Source: Trichosphaerium sp. ATCC 40318 (Eukaryota; Protista; Tubulinea). From it: a stretch of DNA of 64,000 bases. The number at the start of each line of letters is the position of its first letter. Position 1 is the first letter of the stretch. Both the position numbers and the translations under genes were made by a program. The notes beneath the pieces were generated by a model that searched no databases, was not told the DNA's origin, and was given only the letters and a program-made list of their open reading frames with translations. Below, piece after piece: positions 14,870-28,260 of this stretch. The stretch covers positions 62,001 to 126,000 of the forward strand of contig JALMLS010000376.1 of the NCBI GenBank assembly GCA_038496445.1. The letters are read 5' to 3'.

Positions 14870-15575
14870 TTATGCAAGGTCTTTCTTCATCCATACCTTC
14901 GTATCACCAGCCTTGGAAGCCTGTGGACCTGAGCCTCCAAATAACTTTAGCAAACCATTCACCTTAGTAGGTTAAAGTCAGCTCAATTGCAAAAAGACCA
15001 CGTGCTTGATCTGTAGATAGCAGTTTTGCGTTTGCTCCAAGCTGTGTAATGGGCTCACTCCGTTTATATCCAACTTTTGTGTAAAATCCTTCTTGGTCCT
15101 TAGTTGACAAATGGACGCTTGTGTAGCCTTTGCTGTAGCGTCTTAGTCCATTTCAAAGGGTTTTCAACATACCTCTTAACGACTTTTTCTGTTTCTTCCA
15201 TTAAACGGCGTCCTAGTCCAGTGCCTCTCATAGATTTATCAATAATTACTTTCAATAGTCAGTTACGGTGTGTAAGGTAACTACTTGCCTGATTCTACAT
15301 ATAACCCTGTTTTAGGCTCCACTATACTCAAGAGGGTCGCATGACCAACTGGTACGTCGTTCTTAAGCAATACTACGTGATGAGGTAAATCTTCGTCATA
15401 CGCCCTCCGTAGCGATGCCTCACTTAGCGTTTGTTATTAACAAACCGATATCGAGCGCAACTAACCGTATTGAGGGATTTCTGGGCCAAAAGCTATTTAA
15501 CAGTTCAGCTACAGGCGTAACTAAATCTTGACGGTCACGCAAAGATGTAACTGTGATAATATCGTCTCCGCTCAT
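14870..15575 (-). CDS. NAA80: GNAT acetyltransferase, NAA80/NAT6 (actin N-terminal acetyltransferase)-like
   Basis: AELLNSFWPR, VGHATL, VESVIIDKSMRGTGLGRRLM, HLSTKDQEGFYTKVGY, C-terminal WMKKDL; two GC-AG introns. Confidence 0.7.
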
Positions 15576-15654
15576 AGCTATTTTATTTTCAATTTTCTAT
15601 CTAGCAGCCATCGTTGACTTGGCACGTGATATTTTGAAATGGTCACTGAAAAGT

Positions 15655-18218
15655 TCAAAGCGTGTGAAGCTGTACTTGTAAATGTACTAGCTATATTTTT
15701 AATGGTTACAGCATAAGGAAGTCTAGCTTACAACTTGCACAACATTTGGCTTTATCAGTACAAGCCAATATTGGATAATGCCACTTTTAATGATTTCTTC
15801 AGCTTACAGTATTTAAGGTTGTGTGTTATACAAGCGGTTTATTGCCATGGATAATGAACCATAGTACCTACAATGGATTTAGCACATTATTAGATTATCA
15901 TGCATACTTTAGTAATGAGTGACCGCCAAGTCTTTGAAGAGTATCAACAGACACCTCATTCCAATCTTTGTTGCTCTTGACATTAACCAATGGTTTAATC
16001 TACAGATATAAGGTAAACTCTTCTGAACAAGCCACTTACTGCTTCCATATACTCCCAATGGTTATCTGGCCATTGCCAAAAGTCATCAGCTATTGTTGCG
16101 AAGCTATCTCTTTTCCACTTATGAGTACGATACTCAGCACTCAATAATTCGTAAAGAGAATCATTGCACTTCCTGTAACAATCGTAAAACACGTGTTTCA
16201 TGTTAAAGTCTTACTGTAAAAATTCACCGCCTCCAATTGAGTATATGTCCATTGGTGTGATTTGGTACCATGAGTCTAGGTGAGAAATGTCGAACTTTTG
16301 CCTTGCCTTATACTTTTCAGCTAAACTTGAACGAATGAGTAAATACGTACTGCTAAGAAGAAAGCCTTGCGCCTATCAACAGGTGAAGCTAAAATACATT
16401 TAGAAAAACAGAACAGCGGATGGCGTAAACATACAGAATTCCCAGTGATTCCATTCAAACTCTGGATGCATCAAGAAAAGCATTTTTGGTATAGAATTGG
16501 CATATTTGCTAATTGAAATTATAAAAAAACCCTAGTGCAAGATCATACTCTAACAATTTTCGTGCACCAACAGCAACTAGTTTAGCACGTGATATATCAT
16601 ACCAATCACGTAAATTGGTGATACCTAATAATACTTCTATCTAGACAAAGATGAGAACTTTGTTTTTTGCCCTTTTCAAGAACATACCCGTTTAAAAAAC
16701 GTGGTTCTGGTTCTAAGACTGTCTTGTTTCCCCAAGGGATTTATTTTTTCAGCGAATTGTGTTAAAGCTGAACGGAATTTTACATCTTGGAAGAGTTAAT
16801 AAACCTCAGTATTGAAAGTACAAACCCTCAAACTTTCGAGCTCTAAAATCAAACTCCGGATAAGCACAATGAAGAGCGTTCATAACTAAAGGTACAACAT
16901 CCCTTATGAAAACCTGTTACATGAGTGAATACAATAAGGTCTTCGTACACTAGTGGACTTGCAAATGATTTAACTTCATCATAATCCATGCGATACCAGT
17001 CGTCAACCTAAGGCACATAAACATACTTTTTAAGAACGAAGGTTGTATTTACTTCCGTGATATCAAAGTGTCTTTCTGTCTATGTAGTCATATTTAGTTC
17101 CTTGTTTGTAATTTATTTACTAAGTGCACCTCAAGTATGAACTGAGAAAGCTCTGCATCACTTAAAGGAATAGTTCCATCCACTAGTTAAACATTTGTTA
17201 GTATAAAACGAAACAAGAGAGCACTACCAAATTTCCAAGGAAGCCATTGGTAGGACGGACGTGTAATGGAAAGAATCTTATGTACTGTCTCGTACATGCT
17301 ACATTTGTACTTAATTTCAACATTTCAAGAGATAAGGATTTAATACCACATCAACCCATTACCGCCCAGTGCAATGAAAACATCTTTTGACACATCATAC
17401 CAATCCGTCGGTTTGGTAATATTAAGAGCGTCTTCCACCTAATAAAACATTACTTGTAAGAGTACACAGTAAAGAATACGTGCGTACGTAGTTGATAAAA
17501 GCTACTCTGTTCTCCAGTACAGCCCAAAATCGCGTTGGCACACTACCTTAAAAGAGATTAACAAGGCGTGGTAGTAAGGATGTATCCCATACCAAATCTC
17601 CAAGGCATCCACGTGTATTCTGGTAGCATTTCCATTACCATCTGCAACTGTGTAAGTTCACAAAATTCTACAAAGTGTCACACCTGTGGGAGCGACCCGT
17701 TATGCTGCCTATGGAGAACTTAATAGCCGAATTGGTACAAAGCACGTGCTGCAACAAGCTAGCGCCACCGTTTTGGACCAACAATGGTCTGGGTACAGTG
17801 TACCAATCATCAACTGTTTTGACACCTATAATTTCTGCAAGCTACTAATAGTTATGTCGCGCAAAGCCAAGAACGTGTCCGTACGGATTGTAGTTTCTTG
17901 AATCGGTTGTTAGCAGCTGAGTGAAAGTATGGGGCCCAGTTATAGCTTGTATAAGTAGATTTGATGAGTTTTTCAAGTGAACCACCGTGTTGTCTAAAAG
18001 CGTTAGTTGTAAGCACACCAAAACGACCATACTTAAGTAATAAAGTGCCTCCCAAGCGTTTAACGTCACTAGTTCTAACGTTGTACCATCCATCAAAAGT
18101 ACATACGCGTAATTTTACAGCGAGCTTGCAGTGTTAGTATCTGTAGTAATAATAACGGCGTATTTACTCGTCGTAGCCATTTTTGCTGTTCCCACCGTGT
18201 CAATCGGGCCAGTTCCAT
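15655..18218 (-). CDS. Uncharacterised tandem-repeat protein (~70-aa W-rich 'DWY...GG..LL...YP...W.PW.F' repeats)
   Basis: Repeated units such as WMPWRF..PTRFWAVLENRVAFINY..LNITKPTDWYDVSKDVFIALGG; start and stop approximate. Confidence 0.6.
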
Positions 18219-18301
18219 ACATGCCTTCTTTTAACACCTACAGGCAAGCTCAGTGTTACCGTAGCTTAACAATTTGTACTTTTTAAGTCATTTTCTTAGC
18301 G

Positions 18302-18755
18302 ATGAACTCCATCAAAGCCGCTTTACCTCTGCGCGGTATTCCTGGGCGGCCAGGTATGATCTCACTCCCTTTAATATGTCTAAAACAATGTAGGACGCTT
18401 GCACAGAGATCCAACCCGCCTCGCACGGGCTCGTGCTGGTAGAGATGCCATACGGCTAAAATATAACAGACAGGCCGTCTCTTCTCGAGGTTTTACCACT
18501 TTGTTAATCGACCTAACCATCAGTTAGCTATTGGCTTGCTTGTTCTGGGTGGTTTTGCAGTCGGCATTACCATGTGGACAGTTTTTACGCAAAAGGCACC
18601 AACACTGACAACCAGCGCTTTTCTAACTGAATTTAGCTCGATAACTTCTCTGATGTTGATCCGGATGGCTACATTGCCGGTACGATGATTTTTGTGCTAA
18701 TAGTTGACTAAACATACCATTAGAGGACATTAAAGACCTAACGAGGAGATATTAA
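18302..18755 (+). CDS. COA3: Small single-TM mitochondrial protein, COA3/CCDC56-like
   Basis: Four exons giving ...LARARAGRLFSRF..NHQLAIGLLVLGGFAVGITMWTVFTQK|LDNFSDVD, matching the Coa3 TM plus acidic DDFSDV tail; absent from the ORF track. Confidence 0.55.
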
Positions 18756-18799
18756 GCCTAAGAATAACTTTTCTTAAACCTCTGTACTATAGAAGCTAG

Positions 18800-19260
18800 C
18801 AAAGCGCACTTGCATCACTACCGTTGGTACGTTCCAAATTTTACTTTCTATTGGAGGAGTAGTTTGCCCTAGACACGTAAATGTCTTGTTAACATTGGAG
18901 TTTTTCCGATTCTGGTGATTCTACAGTAAGCTTGTTCTTGCGTCCTCCTACATTGAAGACAGGGTATGTCATAGTGCATCGGCCAATTAGCCGAGCTGGT
19001 GTCTCCAATCCCTGCGATATTTATCAAAAAACAAACATCTGAAAAAAAAAAAACTTTTTTCGCTAAGTTATTGTTTTGTGTAGCCTTGGATTTAAGCGTT
19101 TTGCTCATTGATGAATTTTATACATAAACCTTGTACATACCCCAAACCTTCATATGAATAAATTATATTGTAAAACAATCCCCTTACGAAGAATTGTTTC
19201 AACGTTAATTGCGCAATCCCGATACTCCAGAGCTAAAGTCTCATGAGGCAATCTACGTGA
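18800..19260 (-). pseudogene. Possible degenerate coding remnant
   Basis: Intron-like GTAAG/AG boundaries and coding-like composition, but in-frame TAA stops; no recognisable domain. Confidence 0.2.
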
Positions 19261-19452
19261 TTTAATCACTAACTCGAATCTTTCTCTTTGGTTTCAAGTT
19301 AACAACATTCTTCTTTATGTAGTCGCTTTTTTTATTTTGATTTAATTTTTATGTACATCATTTACTTTCCAATCAAAAAAAACCCAATGTTGAAGATGCC
19401 TTTTTTCTTCTTTTAAAAGACTATCAAAAAAACCAATCTCTGAGATTTTTTT

Positions 19453-22400
19453 TTAGTTTGAAAGGTTATGACGTCTCTGTAATTCTTTCATCTTTTCTTC
19501 TGATGCCACCTTTGATTGTTGAAGGATTAGATCCTTCCAAGTGTCCACAGGTCCTGGTTTTGTAAAGTAGATTGTTAATACATTACTTCTATCATTCGTA
19601 TCAATAGAGAACCCAGGAACTAGCCCCTCATCATTAGCACACAACTAAAAACCAAAAGAACAAATAAAATTTTATCGTACACTCTGGAATCTGGTAGTCA
19701 TAGAATGAAGGCTTGTATTTAGGTTTTTCAGAAGCTGCAACGATAGTATCCAACTTCAATCGTTCTCTCATCTCATAAAATTGTGCTCTTTTACCAGGAG
19801 TACCCCATACAATAATATCACTAAATAGAACCAAGATACACTACCGAGAAATTAACTATGTTGTTTGAATTTTTTTTCCTTTTTTTTACCTGTGTAAGAG
19901 CAAGTTCTTCGGGCTCAGGCATTCGTTTTTTCTTTTTCATGGCCTTTGTAGGGACTTTAAAGTCTTTGTTGACAATAAAACCATATGTATGCTTAATATA
20001 AGTTCTGTTCTCTTTAAAGAATGCTGGTGTCTTTAAAAACAAAAGGTGTCAATAGTTTGTAAAAAAAACGTCATGTCAAGTGAGAAATATTTCTAACCTT
20101 GGGATCAAATTGTTCTTGGATTTGTTGTACTTTTTCTTGCTTCTCGTACTCAGCTTTCTTCGAATTCAAGTTCGTTGCAATGCTGGATATCTTGTCTAAA
20201 GCCTCAAGGATATTATCTAAATATCCGATTAACACCACAACCTTGTGACAAAGCAGAATTTTATATGACATACTGTAGTCCACGTGATGCGTTTCTGTAT
20301 TCTTTTTAAGTTCCTTTTTGGAATGTCAACCCTTGTTGATAACAAACAAAGTAAAAATACATTTACTACGTACCATAAGAAGCATCTTGTATCGCGGAAC
20401 GCGCTGAATAGGCACTAAAAAAAATTAATCAAAGTCAAGACACCTAAAAAAAAGAAAAAAAGACTTACTGATTAGATAGTCGCCAATTGTCTTATGCTTA
20501 CATAATGGTTCTTGTGATGTTTTCTATTTGTTCTTTAGCTTCTAGAATACAAATATATGTCTTTAACAGCACTACGTACAGCCAAAAAACTGGTAAAGAC
20601 TTTGTTTCCTTTGCAACGATTGATAGTTTCAACAGCGAGGTTATACTTGTTTACATAGTCAACATACAAGATCATCAATTGTGCCTAAGGATATAAGAGG
20701 TTACTAACTGTTAATTTTATCAAGTAAATATCACTATGGCAGCTACCAAGGCGACGTACAAATTTAGCCATGATTTTTCCTAATGAATTGTCCAACTGAT
20801 TGGCAAATTTGGCCATTTGAAATTCGCGTAACATTTCTTCGTTGACGTTGAAAATAGCGTCAAACCCGTAGAAAATGTTTCCAACATCCTTCATAGATAT
20901 CTACGATATTGTGAGGCTTTCTTAAAGGCAGTATAAGCAAACTACATACGATATTAAGTCCAAGACGTGGGCACGCTTTAAGTGGTAAATAGTACAGCTT
21001 AATAACGAGTTAAATAGGTTAGAAAGATATCGTATGTACCTCACGCAACAGTGTCAAAGAGCCAACGTAGTCTTGCTCTGTTTTTAAAAATTCTTCGACA
21101 ATCTGCTTTCTCTTCGCTGCATTTGGCTTTTTGGGTTTTTTCGCTTGAGTAGGTGGAGGCGCGGTCTTGTTGATCTACATGACAGAAAATTGAGTACCAC
21201 CCTTGCTTTGGCATGTTTGGGTTTACCTTATTCTCTTCCACTGTCTGGGATTGCGTGAAAGCGCTTGTTGTTAACTTTGAACGCACTTTAGCTCCTATTT
21301 AAAAAAAACATACTGTAAGTTTTTTTGTTTCGTTTTAAAGTTGGTGTTACTCACTCCCTGCGTTTGCTGTCAAGCTTCGTTTCGCTCTAACACCGAAAGA
21401 AACTTTTTTAGGTCCTACAGGAGCTCCAGCTTTAGGCCCATGGGAATTACGTGGAGAAGGAGTTGGGCTTTTACGCAAAGCACCATATTTTCTTGGAGAC
21501 TTTTGCATCTGTTTTCCTTTCTAATGTCATACATTTAGCTGACATCTAATTTAAAAACCACGTGCCTGTGGTCCATTAATAGCGCGTAATTTACTTGAGT
21601 CTATTGTGTTAAAATTTTTTGGTGGTTGTTTCAATGATGAAGTGGCTAGATAGATCCCATCATAGTTAGAATAATGACGTCATAGTAGTGAAAAAAAAAA
21701 AGTGTTTGCAAGAATAAAATAGTATTTTATCGTACGTGAGTCTATGCGTTTTACAGTGTTGTTACCTACAGAGTTACGGTTTCCTACACTATTTCCAAAC
21801 ATTGCTTTCGCTTTATTGAAGTTTGTACTGTATTTAGAGGTCAGTCTTTACTTTTTTTTTTCTGGATATGTACCTCTGTGTTTTAATACGCTTATTTACC
21901 ATATTTCCGGTCGTGTTTGTGCGTGCCATCGTTTTGTCATTGTCAGATTTTCCACCTGCGTGTGCTGAAGCTGCCGGCTTGCTGACCTGTTTTCCTTTCT
22001 TTGCTGCTCATGTACTTAGGATTGGCTGTTTTATAGGCGAGTACCTGCTTTTAACGCCTTTTTGAAAGCGTCCTTGAATACATTGGCGGTAGCCGTTTGC
22101 ACTAAGCGACATGATAAGCATACAGCAGTTTCCGACGATTTGTACCAAAATTTAGTCCATAAAGCCTTGTATTATCCCTGAATTTGTGAAATTTCGGCTG
22201 GGAGTTATCTATAATGTATTCCATGCCTTTTGCCACATAAGTGTTGGCTGTAACCTAAAGTGTACAATGTGTTGTTTGTTTCATATTTAGAGTAGTACCA
22301 CGCCGTTGTTTTCCGTCGCACCAACAAAACGGTATGTGCCGCGAGCTTTGTCATGTAGCTTGGATATAGTTTAATAATAACTTGTACTACAGCGATCACA

Positions 22401-22518
22401 CACGCACCAATCGCACGCGCGATATTTGATTTCCTGCACCGGGAGGTGGTGTCCAACCTACGCCTTCACTGTGGTAGTAAACCACAGCCCTAGCATCTGC
22501 TAGTGTTATTTCATCCAT
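19453..22518 (-). CDS. EVH1(WH1)-domain RhoGEF (EVH1-linker-DH-PH)
   Basis: N-terminus LADARAVVYYHSEGVGWTPP..ISRVRLLHDKARGTYRFVG..FHKFRDNTRLYGLNF (EVH1); DH motifs EEFLKTEQDYV and LIMPIQRVPRYKMLL; PH VLFSDIIVWG. Confidence 0.85.
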
Positions 22519-22631
22519 TCTGCAGGTACGTTTTTATAATACGCCTTTTTTAGGTAAGTAGACTTTTGGGGAACTTCGGGAGGAGCGAAGAAAATTGAAA
22601 AAAAAAATTGCACTGAACAAGTCACTTTTTA

Positions 22632-24792
22632 TTATTTTCCATAGTTTGGTAAAAAGACACTCTCTCCTTTCTCAGCAACAGATCTAACTACTTGGTCAAT
22701 CTCTGCATCATCACCCTTTCGTGGAATCCACCTGAAAATCATGAGAAGAGTTTCTTTATCGATGATAAAAATTAATAAAAATAGAGTCTCACCTTTTATC
22801 TCCTAGTGTGGTTATCCACGGAGCTGGCATTGTGTACTCGCGGATCTGATCACGTGTTATTAACGCGTGCCTTAGAAAAGTAGTACCTGTGCGAGATCCA
22901 CGTTAGGATCGACAAGGTACTGTATTGGGTATCTAAAATTCAACATGGCTACCGCCTTGACGAACCATTAGTAACGACTAATTTATGGATGAATACCTTA
23001 ACGAAAACTCCTGGTCTGGTACCTAACTCAGCTTCTCCAAAGTCAGCGATGGCTTGTGCCACCTGCCACATGAAATAGGGACGTGATGACATCTTGCTAA
23101 AAAAAAGGGATATTCACAAGATGTTAATGATTTGTGATTATTACCTAAATTGTCTTGCTGTAAGCAGCTGATGTAAAGGAAATTTCCGGAGCCTAGGTTC
23201 AACTGTAGTATTAAATTCAAATGCAGCGAATGCTTGCTTGTCCCTACTTCATGTTATGAACGGATTAAGGTGCTATTCAAAGCGTGCCTCAATTTCATTC
23301 TCCAGGAGTAATTATGGCCCTCCTCAGTCCAGGAAACGTTTCCAGGAATTGCCAAATGCCTTAGTGGCATTACTATCTGATACGAAAGTCAGCATGACGT
23401 TTAGATAAACAAACTACCTGATGGATTGCGAATAAAACAAGAAATATAAGAACTATAATTTGTGTTGTGGTCAGAGGTTTTTTCGCTCTAATATCATCGT
23501 CTTTGGTAGGAGTATAAGGTTTGAGTGATGATCCTAGGATTCTTTCATTCTAACAATGCGTGTTAGGCAAAAAAGGGCAAGCGAAAAATAAATAAAATAC
23601 CTGTGTTCCAGTTGATGTGTTTTGCTTATTTGAGAAGGGAAATCTTAGTACCTTTAGGTAGTTATGAGTACTTGAGGTCTGACTATATTGTTCTTACATA
23701 AATAGGCCACGCATAATCGAAAAAAATAGTTTGACTAGCCATCATAACAAAAGGAAATATACCAATGTTAAATATGAGTTTGTTCATGATATGAAACGAG
23801 AAAGTCAACAGTGTTCCGAGTGGCACTATTACAATGCATAAGTTTGCATAAGATGCAGTGAAAGTAACGTACGTAGAGGCTTCCACATTAGAATTAAAGG
23901 AGCTGACAAATCCAACAAGAAGCCACACCATGAAAACAAAAATGGTGTTTCCGGCAAATTGAGGTAGAATCCAATAATCGGGTAGTTCTTCCTCTTTGGC
24001 AACCAATGTCTGAGAGGTTCGCCACGTAACATCCAATCTTCATTGAATTTTGCCACACCAGCATAGAAGTACACAAGGCAAACGAGCCATCTAAAATAGA
24101 ACATGTCAACACTTGAACAACCAAGAACCTCATACCGAACTGTTTCAACTGTCCAACGTGGTACTGTCCTACTACGTACTGATTTACTGTACAAAGCATC
24201 AATAGAAAATGCGCAATTCGCTGGTAGTAACAACATCAGGAAGGCAATAACGCTGACCAAGTAATAATGGTTTAGGTAGTTACTAGCCTTAATCCAATCT
24301 CGTTAACAAAATCACGTGCTTGCGAAATAAAATGTACCTCTTGCAACCATAAGTGTGTAAACGAAATAAAAAACACAAAGGCGCTTGTGCGGTAAAGAAA
24401 TCCTGCCATTACACCGAATGCAGCGAAACCCATAACAACCACTTGTAGCTTCTCCATGTTTGGATCTTCCCATGGTACAACCCAATCAAAGCCATAATAA
24501 TGATAGTGAACAACAGGGCTAATGTATTGAACTTCTAGTTTCATAAAGTCGTTTTCAGTAAACCTACAGCGTCATGTCAAGCCTTAACGCCTTTTTGAGC
24601 AATTTCATACCGATAAGCTTCATACATCATAATAAAACCCCATAACAGACGGAAAAATATCAATGACGAACAGTCTACTGGATCAAAGAGCCATCGTGCT
24701 ATGCTTTTAGAACTTTTTTGGTCAATAACACTCTTTTTAGCCGGTGTGGGCTCAGCTGTCTTGCTTTTTATTTTTCGCTTTCTTACTTCCAT
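22632..24792 (-). CDS. Vitamin K-dependent gamma-carboxylase-like / HTTM-domain membrane protein
   Basis: [82 protein letters not shown]. Confidence 0.85.
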
Positions 24793-24899
24793 TCCTAAGC
24801 GACAAAACAAGTTTAATGAGTGAGAATAAGTTTGAAATTATTGTTGACAGACTACAATAAAATTGTACCCGTGCCACGTCTGCTCGGTTTTTTTTACCA

Positions 24900-27059
24900 A
24901 TGACTACGGCCGTGTTTAAGACGCTATGCTTTGCTTTGCTGATTACTACTTGTATTTACTCCGCAACAGCACAAAACGATGAAGTAGACTACGAAGACGT
25001 GCGTACCATGGGTTTAAACGAGTTTTAAAGTAGGAAAAAATGTTAACATGTACAGGAATGGGAAAGCGAGTTCGACGATCAGTTTGACGAAGATACAGCA
25101 ATAGGGTTTGATGATGACCCAACAGTTGGCGTATGTTAGCTTAAACAATGCGCAATCGCTAATAATATTAAAGGGCCTTGATGAAAAGGATGATACAAGC
25201 TCTCAAAGCAGCAAGGTCATTATAATTATTTAAACTATTTAATAGACACTGACACTTACCAAGAGCACCAACATTAACGACGTATACGAAGATGACGAGT
25301 TTGAAGACGATGAAATCGAGTCAGAAGTCAAGTCAACAAACAAACCTAAAAAGCAGTACAAACCTAAGAATATTGATATAGATGAAGTTGGTACGATAAA
25401 ATAACGCTACTCTCTGTTTCTAACAGTGAAAAAGAGGTAAAACAAGGTCCAAAAAACTACTTCATGGAAATTTCGTTCTGTGCAGCCTTTGTCGTTTACT
25501 TTGCCGTCTATTTCTATGGTAGTCACCAAAATTACAAAATTGCAGCCACTTGGTGCGTAACAAGTCGTGGAACAATTGTCACAAAAAGTGTCAAAAAGAA
25601 AAATGTCCATCATTGAAATGACACTGTGTCACCTTTTTCCGAAAACATTATATAATGTACTTATCCGTACCTAGGTCGTCTACTTTCACGAAACTTTTTG
25701 AGTCACAATTTACACGTGTTGGTACAGGCGCAACCTCTATTGAACGTTTAAGCGCGTACACATATGAGCTCATTGCTACCGGTCGCATGAGATGTATCGG
25801 ACTTCACGCAACCCTAACAGTAAGCAAACAAAAAAAAAAGGAGAAAATACTCTTTTTCTAACAATTTTTTTTTTTCATGTAGTTGCAACGCAGACACGAT
25901 CTTATTTCGTTACTGTATTATATTATTTCCCCTGGCTATGATTCATTGACTATTGATGTCGCTATGAACCACTTAGATGACTTTTCCTTTGTTGTAATCA
26001 ACCAAAAAAAGAAAAAGGATTTTGTTGAAGAACGTCCTTCAGTACGTTTGATTGCTATTAAAATATTTTCTTTTGACCGAAACTAATCTCCTTTTTTAAG
26101 CTTAAATACACACGCCAAGTCGCTTCGCTAGGAAACCTTAGTGTATTGGCTTCTCACAAGTACGTCTTTTTTGGATATTATTGACCTCGTATCCACGTTT
26201 ACTTACACCTTACAGGGAAGTGAGCCAATTATTACTAAAACCAGAGTTTTCTCGTATATTAAAGGACCATATTAAAAACGTTGAGTTGATCTACTTTACA
26301 AATAAAACACCAGAACAAAAAGAATAGTACGCACAAAGAAGATTTTGGTTTTTTGACGGAAAAAAAAAAGATTAAACTGACTGAATCAACGTGTATTTAC
26401 TATTGTTTAGCAAGAAAACTTTAAGGTTCGTATTCCGTGTTCCTGACACTACTGATGAGCAAGTAATGTCTGAAAAATTATCTGCACTCATTAAATTGGC
26501 ATTAACGTACATCGACGTTGTGGCAACAAAGAAACTATCTTCTCAGGTATGTCAACTTGAGCTGTCATACTCGCTCTTTTCTTCTTTTTGTTGTTGCTGA
26601 TGTAGTTTTCGTGTAGGCTAGAAAGCAAATAAACAACGCTAGGCAAAAGAGAGATAAAAAGAAGACACATGAGGAACTACACGAGGTATTAAAAAAAACC
26701 TTAAACCCAATTTTTTCTTCTTTTTTTCTGAATTCTTTCTTCCACAAAACAAAATAAATATTTACTATGATGATACAACGACGGTCTTCTTAAGTACATT
26801 GAAGATGAAACTCAAACCCAAAAAACCGCTGATATTTTTTTATACAAGCTTCACGGCAACAACAAAAAAGTAAATTACCAAACTGACATTTTTTTAATAG
26901 CTCGCTCAAAAAAGAAAGGAAGAGAAATGGAAGCGTGAAGAGGAAGAATTTGCTAAATTACCACCAGAGGTTCAACGTAAAAGAGAGATACAGATGCAGA
27001 AAAGAGAACTCAAGAGAAAAAAGAAATCAATGAGTAAAGTAAAGATGGTAATGAAGTAA
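24900..27059 (+). CDS. CCDC47: CCDC47 (PAT complex subunit, DUF1682)
   Basis: Signal peptide, acidic lumenal region, TM, then FESQFTRVG, YELIATGR..GLHATLTLQRRHDL, and C-terminal coiled coil PEVQRKREIQMQKRELKRKK. Confidence 0.85.
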
Positions 27060-27349
27060 ATCACAAAACAAAATAACAAAAAATGTATTCTCTCTTGTAA
27101 TACTTTTTTTTATTTTGTTGCTATGCCTCCGGTAACACCAATCGGGTTTTTTCTATGATTATAGCATGTGATTGTATAGTACCACAATAAATGAAACAAA
27201 AAAATTATTGACTCAAACTTCATTAAAATAGACCGTAATCTATTAACATTGCTCACCAAGAAAAAGCATGAAACGACGTAATGTTCAGATAAATATCGCT
27301 TGTTTTTTATGTGCTATAAAATGACTGTAAAAGAGAATACTGGTCTGCT

Positions 27350-28260
27350 TCATTATCCGCTACTATTATGTTTCTATCCTCAAGGCTATACCTGCATTCT
27401 TGAGTAATGCCAGGTGACTGGAATGCACCTAATACCCTGAGACCTCCAGAAATAAGGGGAACAAGCCATTCATCAGTTGCGTTTGTTTCAGACAGCTCAA
27501 GGGTATACCTACAATACTTTCAAAACACGTCCCAATGATACCTTTACATTCAGCGAGGCTCAAACTATGTACACCAGTGCCATAACACCCTTATCTGTAA
27601 CTGATGTATTAGTCAAATCAATTGTATGCACACCAATGCTGACACTTATATCACCTACAAAAGTTGAACGCAAACTTATATTGTGAACGCCAGCCAGTGC
27701 AACAACTCCCACATCAGTAACTTGAGTTTCATTTAAACGTATTGTATGTACGCCAGCCAATGCTATGATATCCTACCAACTTAATAGTATGAACACCTGC
27801 CAGTGATGAAACTCATACATCACTGATATCTGTTTGCATCATATCTATCTCATGAACACCAGCTAATGCTGAAACACTTATCTGTTACTGATGTACCATA
27901 CAGTTTTATGGTATGAACACCAGCTAGCATAATACTTTCATCTGTCACAAATGTACTACCAGAACATGTGATATTCCTGCAACCATATTTATGATATGTA
28001 CTCCAGAAAGTCCATGTAAGACTTCATCATTGACCACTTTGGAGTGTGGCATTTCGATTTTTGGCACACCAGCAAGTGTCATCAAACCAATCTTTGTTAC
28101 TCCTTCACCACTCTGTAAAGTTATGGACTTTAGATGTTTTGCTAGATGTACAAAAGCTGAATCTTTAATACTTAAACAACCTTGTATTGCCAAGTGCTGG
28201 CCCCCACAAACAGCCATCGAATTTGAAGGTTACTTAATCACGATTAAGTTGGTGCTATAA
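27350..28260 (-). pseudogene. Degenerate intronless LRR-array gene (GVHTI.L..T.VTD.GV.ALA repeats)
   Basis: ~23-aa LRR repeats continue across several frameshifts (near 27640, 27775, 27880, 27950) and an in-frame TGA near 27815. Confidence 0.7.

Noticed and set aside
14790-27340. GTATTCTCT downstream of several stop codons as a polyadenylation signal
   Set aside because: Seen after only three or four genes and absent after most; insufficient support.
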